From: Bacteroidota bacterium
GTDB taxonomy: Bacteria; Bacteroidota; Bacteroidia; Flavobacteriales; Flavobacteriaceae
Direction of reading: 5' to 3'
NCBI GenBank assembly: GCA_036340635.1
Contig: JAYYYF010000022.1
Coordinates: forward strand, 13,134-77,133
DNA length: 64,000 bases
Part shown: positions 34,953 through 46,618 of the stretch, in pieces
How positions within the stretch are numbered: position 1 is the stretch's first letter
How the letters are laid out: each line of letters starts with the position of its first letter
The notes under the pieces: model-generated
The model's database searches: none
Seen by the model: only the letters and a program-made list of their open reading frames with translations
What the model was told of the DNA's origin: nothing
Position numbers and translations under genes: made by a program

Positions 34953-37772
34953 TTAATGTGCGTTAAGCCAGTTTTCTCCTTCACCAATTTCAACAGATAA
35001 TGGAACAGATAAGGGGAAGGCGTTTTCCATTTCAAACTTGATGATTTTTTTTACATCTTGGATTTCACTTTTTGGGACTTCGAAGATTAATTCATCATGA
35101 ACTTGAAGAAGCATTTTAGAGTTTAATTTATTTTCATTTATTCCTTTTTGAATTCGAATCATTGCAAGCTTAATTATGTCAGCTGCACTTCCTTGAATTG
35201 GGGCATTGACAGCATTTCTTTCATCAGCACTTCTAATTATTGCATTTTGAGAGTTTATGTTATTTAAATATCTCCTTCTTCCTAAAATGGTTTCTACATA
35301 TCCATTTTCCCTTGCAAAAGAAATTTGATTAGAAATATAATCTCTAAGCTTTGGATAAGTATTGTAATATGTTTCTATTAGATCTTTAGATTCTGCTCTT
35401 GTTAAGTTTGTTTGCTGACTTAGGCCAAAAGCCGAAACCCCATAAATAATACCAAAATTGACGGTTTTGGCATTTATCCTTTGTTCACGACTAACTTTAT
35501 CGATAGGGACACTAAAAACTTTGGCCGCAGTTGATGAATGAATATCTTCCATTTGATTGAAAGCATTGATCATGTTGGAATCACCACTTAGTGCAGCTAT
35601 AATTCTAAGTTCAATTTGGGAATAATCCGCAGACATTAAAACATGATTTTTGTCTTTGGCAACAAAAGCTTTGCGGACTTCCTTTCCCCTGGCTGTTCTT
35701 ATAGGGATATTTTGCAAATTGGGTTTATTACTACTAAGTCTCCCGGTTGCTGTCACTGCTTGATTGAATATCGTATGAACTCGTCCCGTTGATTTGTTTA
35801 TTTCTTGAGGGAGAGCAGTTACATATGTATTTTGAATTTTTTGTAGCGACCGCCATTCCAGAATATCTGCGACTATTTGGTTCTCTTTTGCGAGGAAAGA
35901 GAGTATATCTTCCGAGGTTGAATATTGACCAGTTTTAGTTTTTTTCGGTTTGTCAACTAGCTTTAGTTTATCAAATAGTATAGTTCCTAGTTGTTTTGGA
36001 GAAGCAAGATTAAAAGATTCTCCAACTTTTTTGTAAATAAGAGTTTCCAGCTTAATTATCTCTTTTGACAAAGATTTTGAAAGATTATCTAAAAATTTGA
36101 CGTCTAAACAAATACCTTCTATTTCCATTTCCGCAAGGATTCTTAGCAAAGGCAATTCAACTTTTGTTAAGAGTTCTTGTGCATTTTTTTCTATTAGTTT
36201 CTTTTCAAATATATCTTTTAATTGCAATGTAACGTCTGCATCCTCTACCGCGTAAGCAGTTTGTTTTTCTAGGCTAACTTCTCTCATGCTTATTTGATTC
36301 TTCTTATTATCGCCAATTAATTCACTTATTGGTATGGGAGAATAATTGAGATAAGTTTCAGATAAAATGTCCAGCTTGTTTCGCATTTCTGGATTTATCA
36401 AATAGTGAGCAATCATTGTGTCAAATAAGGGCCCAATAACTTTCAAGTCATATTTTGAGAGAACTTTTAGATCATATTTAAGATTATGACCAACTTTTTC
36501 AATTTGGTTATTTTCAAAAAAAGGACGAAAAAAGTGAATTGTTTTGATGGCTTGTTTGTTTTCTTCAGGAATTGGAACATAATAACCTCTGTGGTGTTCC
36601 CAAGAAAATGCTATTCCAACTAATTCTGCCTTTAATGAATTTATGTTGGTTGTTTCAGTATCAAAGCAAACAGATTTTTGGAGCATTAATTTTTCTAATA
36701 ATATTTCTTTGCCAGCAATAGAATCAACATATTGATAAAAGTGTTTTAAAGATTCAATATCCCTTTTGGTTTTCAAATTATTTGATCCCTCTATTTGAGT
36801 GGGAGAATTAAATAAATCTAATTGAGAGTTAGATTTTTTAGAATTAATTACTTGATTTTCTTTTTTATTTTCTGATGATTGACTTTGCGAATTTATTTGA
36901 AAAATTTTTTGGACATTCTCTTTTATTCTTCTAAATTCTAATTCATCTAAAATTTGAAATAAATCATTAATATTTGGTTTTGAAAATTCAAAATCTTTTT
37001 CTTTAAATTTTACAGGAACATCAGTAATAATGGTAGCTAATTTTTTTGAAAGTAGTCCTAGATCTTTGTTCGATTCAATTTTTTCTTTCAATTTTCCGCT
37101 GACTTTGTCAAGATTTTTAAAAAGATTTTCCATTTCTCCAAATTCTTTAAGAAACTTTCGGGCGGTTTTATCCCCTACACCTGGGAGACCAGGTATATTA
37201 TCAACACTATCACCCATCATTCCTAGATAATCAATAACCTGAATAGGGGTGTCAATTTCAAATTTTTCTTTAACCTCTTCAATTCCCCAAATCTCAACAT
37301 CATTGCCCATTCTAGAAGGTCTATAAACAAAGATGTTTTTAGAAACTAGCTGAGCAAAATCCTTGTCTGAGGTTACCATATAAGTAGTATACCCATTTTT
37401 TTCAGCTTGTTTAGCAACTGTGCCTATGATATCATCTGCTTCAAATCCTTCTTTTTCCATAATTGGGATGTGCATGACTTTTAGTATATCCTTAATGTAT
37501 GGTACGGCAATTATAATTGGTTCAGGCGTTTCATGTCTATTTGCTTTGTATTCCGGGAACATATCTGAACGTGCTTTTGATCCTCCTTTATCAAAACAAA
37601 CAGCAAGGTAATCAGGTTTCTCTCTTTTTATTAGATCTAAAAGAGAATTCATAAAACCCATAATAGCAGAGGTATCCATTCCCTTGGAGTTTATTCTAGG
37701 GTTTTTTATAAAGGCATAATATCCTCTAAAAATTAGCGCATATGCATCTAGTAAAAAAAGCCTTTTTGACAT
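34953..37772 (-). CDS. polA: DNA polymerase I
   Basis: 5' nuclease N-terminus (LFLLDAYALIFRGYYAF), a 3'-5' exo region, and polymerase motifs DYSQIELR, RRxAKxxNFGxxYG-like (REQRINAKTVNFGIIYG) and QVHDEL. Start at ATG 37772. Confidence 0.97.
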   Translation of the reverse strand: MSKRLFLLDAYALIFRGYYAFIKNPRINSKGMDTSAIMGFMNSLLDLIKREKPDYLAVCFDKGGSKARSDMFPEYKANRHETPEPIIIAVPYIKDILKVMHIPIMEKEGFEADDIIGTVAKQAEKNGYTTYMVTSDKDFAQLVSKNIFVYRPSRMGNDVEIWGIEEVKEKFEIDTPIQVIDYLGMMGDSVDNIPGLPGVGDKTARKFLKEFGEMENLFKNLDKVSGKLKEKIESNKDLGLLSKKLATIITDVPVKFKEKDFEFSKPNINDLFQILDELEFRRIKENVQKIFQINSQSQSSENKKENQVINSKKSNSQLDLFNSPTQIEGSNNLKTKRDIESLKHFYQYVDSIAGKEILLEKLMLQKSVCFDTETTNINSLKAELVGIAFSWEHHRGYYVPIPEENKQAIKTIHFFRPFFENNQIEKVGHNLKYDLKVLSKYDLKVIGPLFDTMIAHYLINPEMRNKLDILSETYLNYSPIPISELIGDNKKNQISMREVSLEKQTAYAVEDADVTLQLKDIFEKKLIEKNAQELLTKVELPLLRILAEMEIEGICLDVKFLDNLSKSLSKEIIKLETLIYKKVGESFNLASPKQLGTILFDKLKLVDKPKKTKTGQYSTSEDILSFLAKENQIVADILEWRSLQKIQNTYVTALPQEINKSTGRVHTIFNQAVTATGRLSSNKPNLQNIPIRTARGKEVRKAFVAKDKNHVLMSADYSQIELRIIAALSGDSNMINAFNQMEDIHSSTAAKVFSVPIDKVSREQRINAKTVNFGIIYGVSAFGLSQQTNLTRAESKDLIETYYNTYPKLRDYISNQISFARENGYVETILGRRRYLNNINSQNAIIRSADERNAVNAPIQGSAADIIKLAMIRIQKGINENKLNSKMLLQVHDELIFEVPKSEIQDVKKIIKFEMENAFPLSVPLSVEIGEGENWLNAH

Positions 37773-37865
37773 ATTATAAATTTTATCTAAATGTAAAAAA
37801 AGCTGTAGAATAAAAATCACATCACAACATTATTAGTAAATTGATTTCGTTTTAAATTTTAAGAA

Positions 37866-38309
37866 GTGAAAATTTTATTTGACGATAAGTATTTTATGAA
37901 ACAAGCAATTGCTGAGGCAAAGAAGGCTTATTTTGAAGGGGAAATACCGGTGGGAGCCATTATAACTACAAATAAAAAGATTATCGCTAGAGCACATAAT
38001 TTAACAGAAAAGCTCAATGATGTAACAGCTCATGCTGAGATGCAGGCTATTACTTCTGCTTCAAATTTTATCAATGGGAAATACCTTGCCAAATGCACTT
38101 TATATGTCACCCTTGAACCTTGCATAATGTGCATGGGGGCACTTTATTGGTCAAAATTAGATCGGATAGTTTATGCTGCTTCTGATCTCAAAAACGGGTA
38201 TACTAAACACAACATTAGCCCTCATCCAAAGACAAAAATAAGCTGTGGTATAATGGAAAATGAATCATCCACTTTATTGAAAGCTTTTTTTAAAACTAAG
38301 AGAAAATAA
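37866..38309 (+). CDS. tadA: tRNA adenosine(34) deaminase
   Basis: HAEMQAI and PCIMCMGAL zinc motifs. GTG start. Confidence 0.9.
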   Translation: MKILFDDKYFMKQAIAEAKKAYFEGEIPVGAIITTNKKIIARAHNLTEKLNDVTAHAEMQAITSASNFINGKYLAKCTLYVTLEPCIMCMGALYWSKLDRIVYAASDLKNGYTKHNISPHPKTKISCGIMENESSTLLKAFFKTKRK

Positions 38310-38347
38310 AAATGTTTATCTGGGATAAATAAAGTCGTGATTCTAAA

Positions 38348-38539
38348 TTACACTAAAGATACTTTGGTTGCTAGTTTTCCTTTCTCCCCCTCTTCTTCTG
38401 TATACTCAACCTTATCTCCTTCCTTGATGTTTAATCCTTCAAGTGCAGAAACATGAACAAAAATATCTTCTGATGTTTCATCATTGGTAATGAATCCATA
38501 ACCTTTGGATACATTAAAAAATTTAACTGTGCCAGTCAT
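38348..38539 (-). CDS. Cold-shock protein (CspA family)
   Basis: GTVKFFNVSKGYGFI..DIFVH; RNP1/RNP2-like motifs, 63 aa. Confidence 0.95.
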   Translation of the reverse strand: MTGTVKFFNVSKGYGFITNDETSEDIFVHVSALEGLNIKEGDKVEYTEEEGEKGKLATKVSLV

Positions 38540-38595
38540 AAGTAAAAATTATTTACCGCAAAAATAAGATTTTATAACAAACAGTGGATATAAAT

Positions 38596-38835
38596 TTATT
38601 TTTTTTGATTTTTATTTCGAATCTTTTTTATGTTTTCTTCAGTTAGAGTGTAATCTTTTAATGATTTATCTTTCCAACGGTAGAACAAAAAAAAAGGCAT
38701 GTATATAAAAGCACCTATTAAGACAGAAACACCAATAAATTTTTCTCCATTTGGGAGGTTGTTTTTTTTTAGATAAAACCCGTAAGACATAGTTGTTATT
38801 ATAATTAAGAATAAAAATCTCAACAAGAATTTCAT
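38596..38835 (-). CDS. Hypothetical small membrane protein (2 TM)
   Basis: 79 aa with two hydrophobic helices and a basic C-terminus. Located between aspS and csp on the same strand. Confidence 0.45.
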   Translation of the reverse strand: MKFLLRFLFLIIITTMSYGFYLKKNNLPNGEKFIGVSVLIGAFIYMPFFLFYRWKDKSLKDYTLTEENIKKIRNKNQKK

Positions 38836-38844
38836 GGGTAAAAA

Positions 38845-40596
38845 CTATTTGTTAAGTGATTTTAAATGTAGTTCTTTTAACTGGTCATCTTCCAATATTG
38901 AAGGAGCATCAATCATAACATCCCTCCCAGCATTATTTTTTGGAAAAGCTATAAAGTCTCTGATTGTTTCACTTCCTCCTAAAATTGCAACCAATCTGTC
39001 AAGACCAATTGCAATACCTCCATGAGGGGGGGCTCCAAATTTGAAAGCATCGATTAAGAAACCAAATTGTTCCTTAGATTTTTTGTCTGAAAATCCTAAA
39101 AGTGAAAACATTTTTTTCTGAAGGTTAGGATCATGTATACGAATTGATCCTCCACCAATTTCATTTCCATTCAAGATTAAATCATGTGCATTTGCTCTAA
39201 CTTTTAGAGGGTTAGTTTCAAGTAGTTCAAGATCTTCAAATTTTGGAGCCGTGAAAGGATGGTGCATTGCATGATATCTTTTATCGTCAGCATCCCATTG
39301 CAAAAGAGGGAAGTCTGTTACCCATAAAGGAGCAAATGATTCAGGGTTTCTTAAATTTAATCTTTTCCCCATCTCAAGGCGAAGCATGCCCAATTGATTT
39401 TGAGTAGATTGAGTATCACCTGCCATTATGAGAATCAGATCTCCTGGTTCTGATTTTGTTTTTTCTGCACATTTTTTGAAATCTTCATGGTTAAAGAATT
39501 TATCAACGGAAGATTTAAAACTTCCATCATTTAAATATTTTATCCAAATCAATCCCTTTGACCCGATTTGAGGGGTTTTAACCCAATCAATAAGAGAATC
39601 AATTTCTTTTCTACTGTATGAGGAAGCTCCAGGTACAGAAATCCCAACTACTGAATCACTTTTGTCAAAAACGTCAAAGCCTTTGTTTTTTAAGATATTA
39701 TTTAGATGACCAAATTCCATTCCAAAACGAATATCAGGTTTATCTGTTCCGTATCGATTTATAGCTTCAGAATAAGTTAATCTTGGGAAAGAATTAATTT
39801 TCACACCTTTTATTTCTTTTAATAAATGTTTAATCAGTTCTTCAAATTGCAAAAGGACATCATCTTGTTTAACAAATGCCATTTCACAATCAATTTGAGT
39901 AAATTCAGGCTGTCTATCTGCTCTTAGATCTTCATCCCTAAAACATTTGACAATCTGGAAATATTTGTCAATTCCTCCTATTACTAGAAGTTGTTTGAAG
40001 GTTTGAGGAGATTGCGGCAAAGCATAAAATTCACCGGGATTAATTCTAGAAGGGACAACAAAATCCCGTGCTCCTTCAGGAGTTGATTTTATAAGACAAG
40101 GTGTTTCTACATCTATAAAATTAGCTTTTGATAAAAAGTTTCTGATTTCAAGAGTAACTCTATGTCTAAAAATTAGATTTTCACGAACAGGATCTCTTCT
40201 AATATCAAGATATCTATATTTCATCCTAAGTTCTTCGCCGCCATCAGTTTCATTTTCAATTGTAAAAGGAGGGATTGAGGATTCACTTAAAATATTTATT
40301 TTTGCAACAAGTATTTCAACATCACCTGTAGATAGGTTTGGATTTTTTGATTCTCTTTCTAAAACTTTTCCTTTTATCTGGATTACGAATTCTCGTCCTA
40401 AGGCAAGAGATTGTTTATAAACTTCTTTTGGCGTTCTTTCCTCATCAAGAACAAGTTGGACAAGGCCATATCTATCTCTCAAATCAATCCAAACGATAAA
40501 TCCCTTATTCCTTATTCTTTGAACCCATCCACAAAGAGTTACTTTTTCATTTAGATGGATTTTTGTTAGCTCACCACATGTATGCGATCTTAACAT
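38845..40596 (-). CDS. aspS: Aspartate--tRNA ligase
   Basis: [10 protein letters not shown].., [26 protein letters not shown] and GLDRL class II motifs. Confidence 0.97.
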   Translation of the reverse strand: MLRSHTCGELTKIHLNEKVTLCGWVQRIRNKGFIVWIDLRDRYGLVQLVLDEERTPKEVYKQSLALGREFVIQIKGKVLERESKNPNLSTGDVEILVAKINILSESSIPPFTIENETDGGEELRMKYRYLDIRRDPVRENLIFRHRVTLEIRNFLSKANFIDVETPCLIKSTPEGARDFVVPSRINPGEFYALPQSPQTFKQLLVIGGIDKYFQIVKCFRDEDLRADRQPEFTQIDCEMAFVKQDDVLLQFEELIKHLLKEIKGVKINSFPRLTYSEAINRYGTDKPDIRFGMEFGHLNNILKNKGFDVFDKSDSVVGISVPGASSYSRKEIDSLIDWVKTPQIGSKGLIWIKYLNDGSFKSSVDKFFNHEDFKKCAEKTKSEPGDLILIMAGDTQSTQNQLGMLRLEMGKRLNLRNPESFAPLWVTDFPLLQWDADDKRYHAMHHPFTAPKFEDLELLETNPLKVRANAHDLILNGNEIGGGSIRIHDPNLQKKMFSLLGFSDKKSKEQFGFLIDAFKFGAPPHGGIAIGLDRLVAILGGSETIRDFIAFPKNNAGRDVMIDAPSILEDDQLKELHLKSLNK

Positions 40597-40659
40597 TTCT
40601 TTCAGATTAATTACAAAGGTAATAAGAACCCCTTTCTTCTATAAACATAAAGATAATTT

Positions 40660-43600
40660 TTAGAGTGCTTTTTTAATTTTTAATTTCAGCTTATATGATA
40701 TTAAAAAGATTGAAGGTACTATAATTAGCGTAAGAAATGTAGCAAAAGATAATCCAAAAATTACAGTTTTTGCTAATGGCCCCCAAAAAGCAACATTGTC
40801 ACCGCCAAGGTAAATTTTTGGATCCCAATTAGAGAATAAAGAAAAGAAGTCAACATTTAAGCCAATTGATAAAGGGATTAATCCTAAAATAGTCGTAATT
40901 GCTGTTAAAATTACAGGTCTTAGCCTTGCCGTACCTCCATTTATTATCTCTTTTTTTGCTTCATTTAATGGCAACATCTCATTTTTTGGAATTTTTGAAG
41001 AAATTTTTCTTCGCTCTATTAAAAGCTGTATATAATCTAATAAAACAACACCATTGTTGACAACAATTCCTGAAAGTGCAATAATTCCCATCATCGTCAT
41101 CATTATAACAAAAGTCATATCAAATATTATCAAACCCATAAAAACCCCTGTAAAACTTAAAAAGATAGAAATTAAAATAATTATTGGTTTTGATATTGAA
41201 TTAAACTGAAAAACTAGTAATAACATTATCAAGCCAATTGCCGCAAGTAAAGCACTTGACAAAAAGGACATGTTTTCTTCTTGTTTTTCCATTTCTCCAG
41301 TGAATTTAAAACTTGTTCCTTTAGGCATGTCATAATTGTAAAGTATGGCTTTAGTTTTTTCAACTACTTCATTAGCATTAAAACCAGCTAAAACAGGAGA
41401 ATAAAGAGTTACCACTCGCGAAAGATTCCGATGTTTTATTGCGCTAAAAGAAGAAGTGTTTTTTAGAGAAATAATTGACGCAATGGGAACTTCTTTTATT
41501 TTTCCAGTTGCCTGATCTCTAAATGTTACATTTTGATTAAATAAAGCGTTATTATCATATCGATATTTTTGTTCAAAGCGCACATTTATGTCATAGTCTT
41601 CACCTTGATTTTTATATACACCAGCTTTTCCACCAAAAATAGAGGCTCTTAATTGACGCCCAATCATAGAGCTAGAAACTCCAAGTCCTCCTGCTTTTTT
41701 TCTTTCAATATTAATTTTTAAACCAGGTTTATTTTTGTTAACATCAATCTTTAGTTCTTCAATACCAGTAATATTTTCTTTATTTATAAAACTTTTTATT
41801 GACTCAGCAGTACTAATAAGTTGATTATAATCTCTCCCGCTAATTTCAATATTAATTGGATATCCAGATGGAGGTCCCGATTGATCTTTTTCAACTGAAA
41901 TTGATAAACCAGGATATTTATCTTTTAATTTTTGTTGAATTTCACTTCTTAATTTTTCGCTTGAGATTCCTTGCCTGTATTTAAATTCCCGCATTGATAA
42001 AACTACTTTTGCCTTATGAGGCATTTCATTTGAAGGTCCACTATCGGATTCAGCATTGCCAGCTCCTTCACCAACCTGCGCTACTCCATCTTCAACCATA
42101 AAATTGAAATTTCCAATTTTGTATTTTTCAGAATTAATTAAAGAATATATTTCATTTTCAATTTCTTTAGTTATTTTATTTGTTTTATGGATACTAGTTC
42201 CTTCGGGATATTCTATGTAAGTTATTATCTGATTTGGCTCAGCGCTAGGAAAAAATTCAACCTTTGGAGGAAAAATACCCATTAATAGAAAAGAAGTTAA
42301 TAATAATAAAAAGGTTCCTGATAAAAACTTATAAGGATTCTGTCCAGAGAGGGCAAATGATAAGAATAATCGATATTTATTTTCTAGCCAAACCAAAAAT
42401 GTATTTTGAAATTTCAATGCTAGTTTTCGAATGAAGTACTTGTAAGCCCAAAAGGAAATGGTAATCAATATCATAAGCGTTCCAATTCCTCTTATTTCTC
42501 CTTTATTAAAAATTAATATTAGCCCCATTCCACCTAGTATAAAAGACAACCTATACAAACTTTTTTTACTCATTTCAGTATCAGATATTTCCATAAATTC
42601 TGAAACTAACATTGAATTAAATAATAATGCTACTATTAAAGATGACCCTAAAACAACTGATAGTGTTATAGGGAAAAAAATCATAAATTCTCCAATTACT
42701 CCAGGCCAAGAGCCCAAAGGGACAAATGCTGCAACTGTTGTTGCTGTTGAAAAAATTATTGGATAAGCAATCTCTCCTATTCCAGCTTTAGCAGCTTGAA
42801 TTCTTGACATCCCTTCTTTTTCCATTAATCGATAGACATTTTCAACCACTACTATTCCATTATCTACAAGCATCCCTAAACCCATTATAAGTCCAAAAAG
42901 GATCATTCTGTTCATTGTATATCCAAGCATTGAAATTATTGCAAAAGACATAAACATTGACATAGGAATTGCAAAGCCAACAAAAAGAGAATTTCTAAAA
43001 CCTAAGAAAAACATTAAAACGGTAATTACTAAAATGACTCCAAAAATGATATTATTCACAAAGTCATTTATAAGGTTTGAAGTTCTATTTGATTGATCAT
43101 TTGATACACCAATATTTAAATTTTCTGGGAAGTAACTTTTTTCTAGGTCATTTATAATTAATCTAATCTGATCAGATGCATCAATTAAATTTTTACCACC
43201 TCTTTTCTTTACATCTAATAAAACAACTTTATTTCCAAAAGATCTCGCAAAAGAAGTGGGATCTTTTTCTTTAAAAGAAATTTCAGCAATTTCACTCAGA
43301 TAAACAGCTCCTTTTTCACTTTTGATGACAAAATCTTTGAGCTCATTGGGACTTTGGATTTCACCTACTAGGCGAACATTTCTTCTCTTCCCATCTCCTA
43401 TAATACTTCCTGATGAAATGGTGCTGTTTCCATCTCGGATAGAGTTTATTACTTTATTTAAACTAATTTTTGAGGCAGTCATTTTATAGATATCAACCGC
43501 TACTTCAATTTCAAAATCTTGAATTCCTCTTATATCTACAGCTTTAATTTGTGGTAATCTTTCAATTTTTTCTTCAAGAAATTCCGCATATTCTTTTAAT

Positions 43601-44085
43601 TTTTCTACTGGATAATCTCCAACCAAACTTATGTTGAGCATGGGGATCAATTCAGAAAAGTCAAACTCAAAAATTGTTGGCTCAACCTTCGCATTATTAA
43701 AAATAGGCCAATCTGGTCCTGAAACCACACCATCAACTAGATCTTTGGTTTTTTGTTTTGCCAAATCTACTGTTATGTTTTCATCAAACTCAATAGTTAT
43801 TGCAGCGAAGTCTTCTTCTGAGGTGGAAGTTAAGTTTACCATATTTGAAACACCTCTTAAAACTTCTTCAAGGGGATCAACAATTAAACGTTCAATATCT
43901 TCCGCTGTATTTCCAGGGAAAACAGCAGTAACAAAAACACGAGTATCCTTAATTTCAGGGAAATCTTCTCTTGGCATTGTTCTATAAGAGATTATACCAA
44001 GAATAAAAAATATGGAAATGATTACATAGATAATTTTGTTATGGTCAATAGCCCAACTTGATAAAAAAAATTCCTTTTTTTTCAT
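40660..44085 (-). CDS. RND efflux transporter, inner-membrane permease (AcrB/CzcA superfamily)
   Basis: 1141 aa with 12-TM/two-loop architecture. N-terminal SSWAIDHNKIIYV.. matches typical RND pumps. Confidence 0.93.
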   Translation of the reverse strand: MKKKEFFLSSWAIDHNKIIYVIISIFFILGIISYRTMPREDFPEIKDTRVFVTAVFPGNTAEDIERLIVDPLEEVLRGVSNMVNLTSTSEEDFAAITIEFDENITVDLAKQKTKDLVDGVVSGPDWPIFNNAKVEPTIFEFDFSELIPMLNISLVGDYPVEKLKEYAEFLEEKIERLPQIKAVDIRGIQDFEIEVAVDIYKMTASKISLNKVINSIRDGNSTISSGSIIGDGKRRNVRLVGEIQSPNELKDFVIKSEKGAVYLSEIAEISFKEKDPTSFARSFGNKVVLLDVKKRGGKNLIDASDQIRLIINDLEKSYFPENLNIGVSNDQSNRTSNLINDFVNNIIFGVILVITVLMFFLGFRNSLFVGFAIPMSMFMSFAIISMLGYTMNRMILFGLIMGLGMLVDNGIVVVENVYRLMEKEGMSRIQAAKAGIGEIAYPIIFSTATTVAAFVPLGSWPGVIGEFMIFFPITLSVVLGSSLIVALLFNSMLVSEFMEISDTEMSKKSLYRLSFILGGMGLILIFNKGEIRGIGTLMILITISFWAYKYFIRKLALKFQNTFLVWLENKYRLFLSFALSGQNPYKFLSGTFLLLLTSFLLMGIFPPKVEFFPSAEPNQIITYIEYPEGTSIHKTNKITKEIENEIYSLINSEKYKIGNFNFMVEDGVAQVGEGAGNAESDSGPSNEMPHKAKVVLSMREFKYRQGISSEKLRSEIQQKLKDKYPGLSISVEKDQSGPPSGYPINIEISGRDYNQLISTAESIKSFINKENITGIEELKIDVNKNKPGLKINIERKKAGGLGVSSSMIGRQLRASIFGGKAGVYKNQGEDYDINVRFEQKYRYDNNALFNQNVTFRDQATGKIKEVPIASIISLKNTSSFSAIKHRNLSRVVTLYSPVLAGFNANEVVEKTKAILYNYDMPKGTSFKFTGEMEKQEENMSFLSSALLAAIGLIMLLLVFQFNSISKPIIILISIFLSFTGVFMGLIIFDMTFVIMMTMMGIIALSGIVVNNGVVLLDYIQLLIERRKISSKIPKNEMLPLNEAKKEIINGGTARLRPVILTAITTILGLIPLSIGLNVDFFSLFSNWDPKIYLGGDNVAFWGPLAKTVIFGLSFATFLTLIIVPSIFLISYKLKLKIKKAL

Positions 44086-44098
44086 TTAATAGTTTGTA

Positions 44099-45265
44099 TT
44101 ATGAATTGATCTTAGCTAACTTAACTTTTTGACCATCCTGAATTCTTTCTCCTCCTTCATTTATTATTATGTCACCATCTGATAAACCATTTATAATTTC
44201 AATTTTATTACCATTATCTTTTCCAATATCAATGAAAACTTTTTTGCTGATGAACACATTTTCTTTTTCAGTTTTAATGAGTTTAAATACATAAAAGTTT
44301 CCTTTTGAATCTTCCTTTAAAATTCTAAGAGGAATCAAAATTGATTTAGGATTTGAGTAATCATTAATCTTCAGTTTGGTGGTAAGGTTTAATTTTACCG
44401 ACCTATCTTGATTTGAAATAGGCGCCTCAATTCTGAAGCTCCTATTATTTGGCTTAATGAAATTACCAGCTTGTTTAATGATTGTCTCATAAGATTTACC
44501 AAGCATTGGAATTTCTACTATTAAAGGAGTTCCAGTTTTAACAGTTTGTAAATATTTTTCTGGGACATCAGCTTCTGTGTAGACATTATCAAGGTTAACA
44601 ATTCTAAAAATTGGAGTCAAACCAGCAATTAAGTTTGAACCAGTATTGGCTATAATTTCATCTATAGAGCCTGTGAAAGGGGCAAAAATCTTTGCTTTTT
44701 TTAATTGTTCTTTTAATTGGGCCACACTTTTTTGTTGAGTTTTATATATAGTTTTAGCTTCTAAATATTCAATTTCTGAACCAATTTTTTGCTCCCAAAG
44801 ATTTTTTATTCTATTAAATTTTATTTTAGATAGTTCTGCTTGAAGTTCGAGCTGAGATAATTGATTTTTAAGTCCAGAATCATCTATTTCAGCTAATATT
44901 TGTCCTTTATTTACTTGAGTACCTTCTTCAACATAAATTTTCTTAAGGATGCCATTTAACTCTGGAAGTAATAATAGATTTTTACGAGATTTTATATCTC
45001 CCTGTACTTCAATAAAATGCTTAAAAGACTCTTGTTTTATTTTGTAGATCGTAATTAATTGAAGCCTTTCGTTTTCATCTAATTCTGAAATAGCAGAATT
45101 AATTTTTTCCAATTCACTATTTAAAGAAATTAGCTCTTCATTTATGTTTTTATTTATTTCTCTTAGATCAGAAAGATCATTATAATCAATATTTTTAAGA
45201 TCATAACTTTTTCTTTCTGAACAACTAAAAGTAACAACAAGAATTAAAACAAATAATTTTTTCAT
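44099..45265 (-). CDS. RND efflux periplasmic adaptor (membrane fusion protein, HlyD family)
   Basis: Lipoprotein signal VTFSCSE, coiled-coil hairpin region, and lipoyl/beta-barrel motifs (V.KGQILAEID, IFAPF.G). Confidence 0.9.
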   Translation of the reverse strand: MKKLFVLILVVTFSCSERKSYDLKNIDYNDLSDLREINKNINEELISLNSELEKINSAISELDENERLQLITIYKIKQESFKHFIEVQGDIKSRKNLLLLPELNGILKKIYVEEGTQVNKGQILAEIDDSGLKNQLSQLELQAELSKIKFNRIKNLWEQKIGSEIEYLEAKTIYKTQQKSVAQLKEQLKKAKIFAPFTGSIDEIIANTGSNLIAGLTPIFRIVNLDNVYTEADVPEKYLQTVKTGTPLIVEIPMLGKSYETIIKQAGNFIKPNNRSFRIEAPISNQDRSVKLNLTTKLKINDYSNPKSILIPLRILKEDSKGNFYVFKLIKTEKENVFISKKVFIDIGKDNGNKIEIINGLSDGDIIINEGGERIQDGQKVKLAKINS

Positions 45266-45274
45266 GGTTTAAGG

Positions 45275-46618
45275 TTATGGTTTGGGTGAGTTTATAAGTG
45301 TTTCTAAATTTATTTTTCTTTCAATTAAATTTTGAATTGAGCTTAAATATTTACTTTGAGAACTATAGAGTTGAAGTTGGGCCTGCCTTAGCTCAAAACT
45401 ACCAACCATACCCTCAAAATATTTCACTTGATTTTTATTTTCAATACGTTCTGCTAATCCAAGATTTTCTTTTTCAGTAAAATAATTTTCAATTGCAAGT
45501 TGATAATCATTCAAAGCTGTTTCAATTTCCATTCTAATCCGGTATTGTGTTTCATTAAGTCTTGTTTCAGCCTGCTGCATACTTATTTTAGCTTTTTGTG
45601 ACTTCACTTTTTTTGAAAATGAACTGAACAATGGAATATCAAGACTTAATCCAACAAGTGAAGAACCAAACCATTTTTGATTATTTTTAGCAAAATCAAA
45701 TTTTTCATTATTCCCAGTATAAGCACCATTTATGAAGGCTTTTATACTGGGCAAGAATTTTGATTTTTCATACTTATATAAAAGAGACTCTGAAAGTAAA
45801 TTATTTTCTGCTATTCTAACATCAATATTGTTAGAAACATTAAAATCATTTTTTGTTTCAAAGAGCAAATTTGATTCATCTATTATATCAGAAATTTGAC
45901 TCTTAAGAAAAATTTCTTTTTCAACAGGAATGCCAAGGTTGAATTTTAACATTTCGCGAATTATTTTACTTAAGTTTTCAGCATATTTTAATTGAGTATT
46001 AATATTTGCTAGTGTTAGCTGAATTTGTTCAACACTTTCTTCTTCTTCAAATCCATTTTTAAATAATTGGTGGATTTCAGAAACATTCTCTTCTAATTTT
46101 TTTTTGTTTTTATTCAGTAATTTTACATTCTCTTCTGCTAATAATGCAGCTGCATAGTTGTTTACAATTGCTTTTTTAGTTTCTAGTGCGGTCTTTTCAA
46201 AAATGTTTTCTGAAATTTTAAGAAAGATTTTACTCGCTTCTAAACCCACAATATATGACCCATCAAAAATTAGTTGATCCATCCTAACTGATCCAACAAC
46301 TTTTTGTTTTGTTCCAAAACTAATTTCAGCGAATTCTCCTGGTTTGCCCCCAAAAAATTCTGCAGGGACTAGTGATACTGGCATTTCCAGAAAATTTTGA
46401 TAATTAACTTCTGCATAAATTTGAGGGAGTCCTATTGCTATTGTACTCCACCTATCTTTCTCTGCTTTTTCAATTTCTCGATTGGCATTTTTAACTGAAA
46501 AATTATTGTTCAATCCATATTCGATGGCTTCCTTTAGAGTGAGCGAATTTGGGAAATTTTGAGCATTTGCAAAAATTCCTAAAAAAAGTGTATAAAAGAA
46601 TAATTTTTTAATTTTCAT
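45275..46618 (-). CDS. TolC-family outer-membrane efflux protein
   Basis: Signal peptide and duplicated helical repeat pattern. LTLKEAIEYGL.NN N-terminus is typical of TolC/OprM. Confidence 0.85.
   Translation of the reverse strand: MKIKKLFFYTLFLGIFANAQNFPNSLTLKEAIEYGLNNNFSVKNANREIEKAEKDRWSTIAIGLPQIYAEVNYQNFLEMPVSLVPAEFFGGKPGEFAEISFGTKQKVVGSVRMDQLIFDGSYIVGLEASKIFLKISENIFEKTALETKKAIVNNYAAALLAEENVKLLNKNKKKLEENVSEIHQLFKNGFEEEESVEQIQLTLANINTQLKYAENLSKIIREMLKFNLGIPVEKEIFLKSQISDIIDESNLLFETKNDFNVSNNIDVRIAENNLLSESLLYKYEKSKFLPSIKAFINGAYTGNNEKFDFAKNNQKWFGSSLVGLSLDIPLFSSFSKKVKSQKAKISMQQAETRLNETQYRIRMEIETALNDYQLAIENYFTEKENLGLAERIENKNQVKYFEGMVGSFELRQAQLQLYSSQSKYLSSIQNLIERKINLETLINSPKP

Noticed and set aside
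34953-37820. N-terminal extensions in longest-ORF calls (polA to 37820, ahcY to 22942, thiL to 51419, sufB from 54454, ZIP from 49473, SnoaL from 61846, rplU from 20824)
   Set aside because: The extensions precede canonical conserved N-termini that begin at an internal ATG. They often start at TTG/GTG or overlap the neighbouring gene, so the internal starts were adopted.
42458-43987. ORFs of 102 and 118 aa antisense to the RND pump gene
   Set aside because: They lie entirely inside a strongly supported 1141-aa CDS on the other strand. Their composition is low-complexity (Ser/Ile/Pro-rich) with no recognisable motifs. They are typical shadow ORFs of AT-rich DNA.
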